Assembly (NCBI GenBank): GCA_965534055.1
Contig: CBESZZ010000001.1
Span: 1 to 37,821 of the forward strand
Length of the DNA: 37,821 bases
Origin: an uncultured bacterium
GTDB lineage: Bacteria > Planctomycetota > UBA1135 > UBA2386
Reading direction: 5' to 3'
Under the pieces are notes generated by a model. It was not told the DNA's origin. It was given only the letters and a program-made list of their open reading frames with translations, and searched no databases. Positions within the stretch are counted from its first letter, which is position 1; each line of letters starts with the position of its first letter. This document shows positions 33,846 through 37,821 of this stretch, in pieces. The translations under genes were made by a program, and so were the position numbers.

Positions 33846-35677
33846 GACGACACCTCCACGGGTGACGTTGGGCCGAGCTCAGCAGCGCCGTCGGCACTGC
33901 ATGCGGTCGCATCCACGTGCGGCAGCGCAGCAACGAGTCGCTTGAACGTCGACGCCACGGCGAGGCTCTCAGGATCCATGGGCAATGCAGTAAAGACCTG
34001 AGGAGAGGCGATCAGCACCGCTTTCGTGCGCGCCCGAGACAGCGCGACGTTCATGCGATTCGCTGAGAAGAAGAAGTTCGAGCGGCCGCGCAAAGTATCG
34101 GGATCACCGACCGCCAGCGACACCACCACGACCTCGCGCTCCTGGCCTTGAATGCGCTCGACGGTGTCGATGGTCAACCCGGCGACGTCCGGCAATCGTG
34201 CTTCGATCGCGCTGCGCAGCGCACGCACCTGCGCGCGGAACGGCGCCACGACAGCGATCTCGCTTGCAGGCACGCCGTGCGAAGTCACCAGTCGCTCGAC
34301 AAGTGCAGCGGCAAGGTTTGCCTCTTCGGGTGAGCGCATGCCCGGCCGGCTGTGATCCACGCGCGCCCAAACAATGGGTGTCTCCGGATCCAAGAGCTCC
34401 CCAACCACATCACTCTCACCAGGCACCTCGATCAACGCAGACGTGCTCGGCGACAACCGCCGCTTCGCCGTCACATCATCGGGCCGCACGAGCCCGTCGT
34501 AGAACGCGTCACTCACCGCGCGACACACCGCATCGTTCATGCGGTAGGTGATGTCGAGTAGCACGCTGCCGTAGAAGCGATGCAGGTGTTCGAAAATGGA
34601 AACCGCAGACTCGCGGTCGGCGTGATCCGCAACCACCACGGGCGGCAACTGCCGATGGTCTCCGAAGAACACCCAGCGACTCGAGCGCAGCATCCCAGCC
34701 AACGCATGCGGGATGGGCATCTGGCCGGCTTCATCAAACACCGTGAAGTGGAACATGGTGGAGTCCGGAAGCTTCGCGAACTGAAACGACGTACCGGCGA
34801 CAACACCCCGTTCCGGCAGCTCGCCCCTGGTTGGATGCGCGTTGATCACCCGTGCAGCACGCAACGCCTTCGCGTCGCTACTGCGTGACTGGGCACCCAG
34901 CTTGGCCAACGGCAGATCAGGCGCACATCGGCGAATCGCGACGAGTGCGTTGTCGACCGCGCGGTGTGTGAACGCAGACAAGGCCACGCGACAACCCTTG
35001 CTGCACAACGCCGCAATGACCTCGGCGAGCAGTCGCGTCTTCCCGGTGCCCGGTGGCCCCTGCACCAGCGCCACACCCTCGGTGCCGATCGCTGCGGCAC
35101 CTGCCCGAAGCTGGGCTTCGTTCAAGGTGACGCCGTCATCACGTTGGACGGCTCCTAGATGCTCAAGACCACGTGCGGTCCGCTCTGCGTCGTGCTCTGG
35201 CTTGTGCTCCCCTTCAAGGACGGCGCGCAATGTGGGATCAGCGAAGGCCCCAGCGACGACATCGCGAAGGCGACCACGAAGGCCCAACGCTCGACGATCG
35301 ATCACATACGTCTCGCCAACATCGAACGTCAACTCGACATTGCGACGAAACGGATCCCGCTGCAGCCTGAGAACTCCGGTGATCGGGTCGTAGCTGCCGT
35401 AGGCCATGGGCAGCGCAACCGTGGGGTCCAGTCCGTCACCCACCGACAGGGCATCCCCCGCGCGAAACTTCGCAACGTTTTCATCGATTGCGAACTCGAA
35501 CCATCGCTCTTCGCTCGCTCCACCATGGGCGCGCACAAAGCGGGCGCCGCCAATGCACTCGCCCTGCAGAATGCGCTCTGCTGGAGGCAACACGTGCAGC
35601 TCGCGGAAGCTGCGCTCCTCGTCGTCGTCTTCCTTGGCCAGGAAACGCAGCAATCGATCTTCTAGAGAAGCGTGCAC
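33842..35677 (-). CDS. Superfamily 1B helicase, Dna2/Upf1(NAM7)-like (AAA_11/AAA_12 type)
   Basis: Walker A: VQGPPGTGKT. Walker B: VFDEAGQ. Further helicase motifs: FGDHRQLPPV, TYRMN, VAPFRAQV, TVERIQGQEREVVVVS and NVALSRAR. The GTG start at 35675-35677 lies 3 nt after the nuclease stop, with GAAGGG just upstream. Confidence 0.9.
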   Translation of the reverse strand: MHASLEDRLLRFLAKEDDDEERSFRELHVLPPAERILQGECIGGARFVRAHGGASEERWFEFAIDENVAKFRAGDALSVGDGLDPTVALPMAYGSYDPITGVLRLQRDPFRRNVELTFDVGETYVIDRRALGLRGRLRDVVAGAFADPTLRAVLEGEHKPEHDAERTARGLEHLGAVQRDDGVTLNEAQLRAGAAAIGTEGVALVQGPPGTGKTRLLAEVIAALCSKGCRVALSAFTHRAVDNALVAIRRCAPDLPLAKLGAQSRSSDAKALRAARVINAHPTRGELPERGVVAGTSFQFAKLPDSTMFHFTVFDEAGQMPIPHALAGMLRSSRWVFFGDHRQLPPVVVADHADRESAVSIFEHLHRFYGSVLLDITYRMNDAVCRAVSDAFYDGLVRPDDVTAKRRLSPSTSALIEVPGESDVVGELLDPETPIVWARVDHSRPGMRSPEEANLAAALVERLVTSHGVPASEIAVVAPFRAQVRALRSAIEARLPDVAGLTIDTVERIQGQEREVVVVSLAVGDPDTLRGRSNFFFSANRMNVALSRARTKAVLIASPQVFTALPMDPESLAVASTFKRLVAALPHVDATACSADGAAELGPTSPVEVSS

Positions 35678-35680
35678 GGG

Positions 35681-37228
35681 TCAGCCCTTCTGCTCCATCG
35701 CGAGATCTCCGCACACCATCAGCACATCGCCGGCGCAGCCCCCACTCCCTTCAGCGGGTGCGTCGCCCGCGTGGGTCGGCGTGAGGCGATCGCGCAGCAT
35801 GGCCGCGAGATGACGTAGGTCCGCGGCGCCCTTGGCGGCGATCAGATCCACATCGTCCGTAGTTTGATCGCCTGAGTCCTTCTGCTGTGTCTGGGCCCAT
35901 AGCGCTGCTGCGGACGCCGGCCCGACCGTCCATGGGTCGACGCCAAGGCCATGGCGAAGATGGTCTTCCATACCGAACACCGGCGCCGGATAGACCCCCG
36001 CTCCACGCAGGATGATTGCGGCGTCCACAAAGGGATGCCGCATCGAGAACGCTTCGGCATCATCCAAACTCTGCTCGTCGATCCAGGACGGCAACTTGCG
36101 TCCGTAGTGCAGCAGACAGGCCTTCTTTCTTGCGCCGCTCGCTGCTGCGAGCACCGACTGGAAGCAAGACCACTCTTCGGCTCGCGAAGTCGGCATCGCC
36201 TGCTCGATCACGGCGTCACTCGAATCAAGTGTTCCGTCGGCTTGCGCCGTGGTGAGCTGCATCGCGCCGAACCAAAGCACACGGTCCGCGAACGCATCGG
36301 TCAACAAGTGCACGAGCACCGGAGTTCCACGCGGTAAACGCAGCCTGCCGCGAACGGACTCGCGAAGCGGTCGCCGCGCAACTCGAGATTGCGCAGCAAA
36401 CACCAACCGCTCGAAGACCGATCGCTCGATGTTCGGCAACCGCAGCAGTCGCGTGCCGTCAGTTGCGTTCGCGAGGTTCGCCGCTGTTGCGATGTTCGCC
36501 GCTTCGAACTGCGCGCGGAGCGACGACGTCATGCCTTGCACCAGCGAAAGATCGTCGGCCTCCACCATCCCGGGGAGACAGTGCGCCGACCAATGACACG
36601 TGGTGCACGTCGGGCAGTAGGCTGCACGCGGGATCTCGTCGACCGGAGCACCCGCGAGTTCCTCGAGTGCGGCGTCGACCTGCTCGAGCGCTGGCAAGTA
36701 GTCGGCGATCTTGAAGCGCCACTCTTCACCGGTCTTCAACACGATCCCACCTGCGTCCGGCATGCGACCCTGCAGACCCGCGAGCAGACGTGAGTAAAAG
36801 ACCACCTGCAAGATCTGATCGCCTCGCGGCCGCCCCGAACTCTTGATGTCGACTACCTCGAAGTGGTGCTCACCCAGCTCACTCTCGCCTTCCACGCGCC
36901 GCATCAGATCAGGCAACCCAAGGCGTTCTACCGTTGTCGCCGTCTGAGGCGCGCGCAGCACCGCTTGAAACACCAGTGGGTGGCCCGCGCGAAGCAGCGT
37001 CATCGTCGCTTCCGCACCTGCAGCGAAGTCCCCGCGAGGAAACTCCGGTTCGACGACGTCAAGCTCAGCCACAAGCTCCGCTTCGAAGTCGCGCCCGCGG
37101 GCGCGGGCGAACTCTTCTTCGGCACGCAACGGTCGACGCTCATCGCGAGAGAGATGCAGTTCAAGTGCGGCCGCCCGCGCACACTTCGGATAGGTGTAGA
37201 CGTGCGTGCCGGTGATGCGCGGACTCAT
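35681..37228 (-). CDS. RecB/Cas4-like PD-(D/E)XK nuclease with a 4Fe-4S cysteine signature (TM0106-family-like)
   Basis: N-terminal ITGTHVYTYPKCARAAAL supplies the first Cys. EVVDIKSS is the D-x-K core. CPTCTTCHWSAHC supplies C-X2-C-X5-C. A helix-hairpin-like segment, DDLSLVQGMTSSLRAQFEAANIATAANLA, follows, then a roughly 250-aa C-terminal domain. The ATG at 37226-37228 overlaps the upstream stop as ATGA. Confidence 0.8.
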   Translation of the reverse strand: MSPRITGTHVYTYPKCARAAALELHLSRDERRPLRAEEEFARARGRDFEAELVAELDVVEPEFPRGDFAAGAEATMTLLRAGHPLVFQAVLRAPQTATTVERLGLPDLMRRVEGESELGEHHFEVVDIKSSGRPRGDQILQVVFYSRLLAGLQGRMPDAGGIVLKTGEEWRFKIADYLPALEQVDAALEELAGAPVDEIPRAAYCPTCTTCHWSAHCLPGMVEADDLSLVQGMTSSLRAQFEAANIATAANLANATDGTRLLRLPNIERSVFERLVFAAQSRVARRPLRESVRGRLRLPRGTPVLVHLLTDAFADRVLWFGAMQLTTAQADGTLDSSDAVIEQAMPTSRAEEWSCFQSVLAAASGARKKACLLHYGRKLPSWIDEQSLDDAEAFSMRHPFVDAAIILRGAGVYPAPVFGMEDHLRHGLGVDPWTVGPASAAALWAQTQQKDSGDQTTDDVDLIAAKGAADLRHLAAMLRDRLTPTHAGDAPAEGSGGCAGDVLMVCGDLAMEQKG

Positions 37229-37821
37229 GCCCCGCCTCCAGCCAAAGAGTTCGCAGCCGCGGACTTCCGCAACACAACGCGGCAATCGAGGTACGCAGCC
37301 CCGAGTCCATAGTCCGTCGGCTTAGCTTCGATCAATACGTTCGCTGCGTGCCCTTTGTCGAAATGACCACCCTTGGGGATCAACGCAAGGTCTTCACGCA
37401 ACTTCGCATCGAAGACCAAGCGAGCACGAAGCATCCCCTGCGGGCCAACAACGTCGACGGCATCGCCTTCACTGACGCCTGCGGGCGCCGCGTTCGGATG
37501 CACGGTGACCGGCACCAGATCGACCAGCCCTTTGCCCGACCACACAGAGGCTTGGCTTTTCTCGGTGCTGTTCGAAAACAGCCACAGCCCCTCGACATCC
37601 GGTGCAGGGTCACCGGGCCACTCATGCATGAGCTGCACCTTGCCGTTTGGCGTGTGCACTCGCCCATCAGGGAACAGCAGCGGTGTAGCCGCCGGGCTTT
37701 GCACTGCCTTGCCTTCCAGATCGTCCAGGGACAGTCCTTCGGCCACTTCACCTTGCAGCATCTGGGCCTGCAGCGACCGCACATCGTCGCGAGGGAACCC
37801 ATCGAGACCCATCCGATCGGC
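37225..37821 (-). CDS. C-terminal part of a molybdopterin-dependent oxidoreductase (MopB C-terminal beta-barrel); the N-terminus lies beyond the right edge
   Basis: The frame is open to the window end. It shows the pattern typical of the molybdopterin dinucleotide-binding domain: LWLFSNSTEKSQAS...VTVHPNAAPAGVSEGDAVDVVGPQGMLRARLVFDAKLREDLALIP. Confidence 0.7.
   Translation of the reverse strand, partial: ADRMGLDGFPRDDVRSLQAQMLQGEVAEGLSLDDLEGKAVQSPAATPLLFPDGRVHTPNGKVQLMHEWPGDPAPDVEGLWLFSNSTEKSQASVWSGKGLVDLVPVTVHPNAAPAGVSEGDAVDVVGPQGMLRARLVFDAKLREDLALIPKGGHFDKGHAANVLIEAKPTDYGLGAAYLDCRVVLRKSAAANSLAGGGA

Noticed and set aside
1-37821. A scan for tRNA, rRNA, CRISPR arrays, IS elements, transposases, integrases and prophage genes.
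   Set aside because: I saw no cloverleaf-like conserved tRNA arms in the intergenic regions, no regularly spaced direct repeats, and no transposase, integrase or recombinase motifs in any long ORF. A manual scan could miss small ncRNAs.

Overview
GC-rich bacterial chromosomal window of 37.8 kb. It is densely coding, with about 25 protein genes and one decayed gene copy. I saw no rRNA, tRNA, CRISPR array, transposase or integrase. All calls come from reading motifs in the supplied translations and the DNA; no database search was possible. Product names are therefore family-level recognitions, not homology-search results. From left to right the window holds: a Q/R/E-rich gene fragment; a signal-peptide-bearing tricorn-like protease; and an Fpg/Nei DNA glycosylase. 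Next comes a minus-strand block: an ECF sigma factor fused through a TM helix to about 8 carboxypeptidase-regulatory-like domains, a secreted beta-helix protein, two ORFan genes, and a decayed partial copy of the beta-helix gene. A signalling and cell-surface stretch follows. It contains a spermidine-synthase-like methyltransferase, a BNR/Asp-box lipoprotein, a Ser/Thr kinase with TPR, a large secreted ORFan and a small membrane protein. It also contains a lipoprotein coupled to a Ser/Thr kinase with an FGE/SUMF1-like ectodomain, an ORFan coupled to a TagH-like FHA protein, an orphan ECF-like sigma and a 1093-aa FG-GAP lipoprotein. The window ends with a tightly coupled minus-strand chain: molybdopterin-oxidoreductase C-terminus, Fe-S RecB/Cas4-like nuclease, SF1B helicase, DUF3137-like membrane protein, LemA and a FabG-like SDR. 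The best candidates for something undescribed are three. (1) The split Dna2-like nuclease/helicase pair translationally chained to the LemA/DUF3137-like membrane pair. (2) The single-polypeptide transmembrane ECF sigma. (3) The T6SS-less TagH-like FHA module sitting between a kinase and an anti-sigma-less sigma factor. The gene content (many Ser/Thr kinases, ECF sigmas, FG-GAP and BNR surface proteins, weak Shine-Dalgarno usage) suggests a Planctomycetota- or Myxococcota-like organism. That taxonomic guess is inference only.
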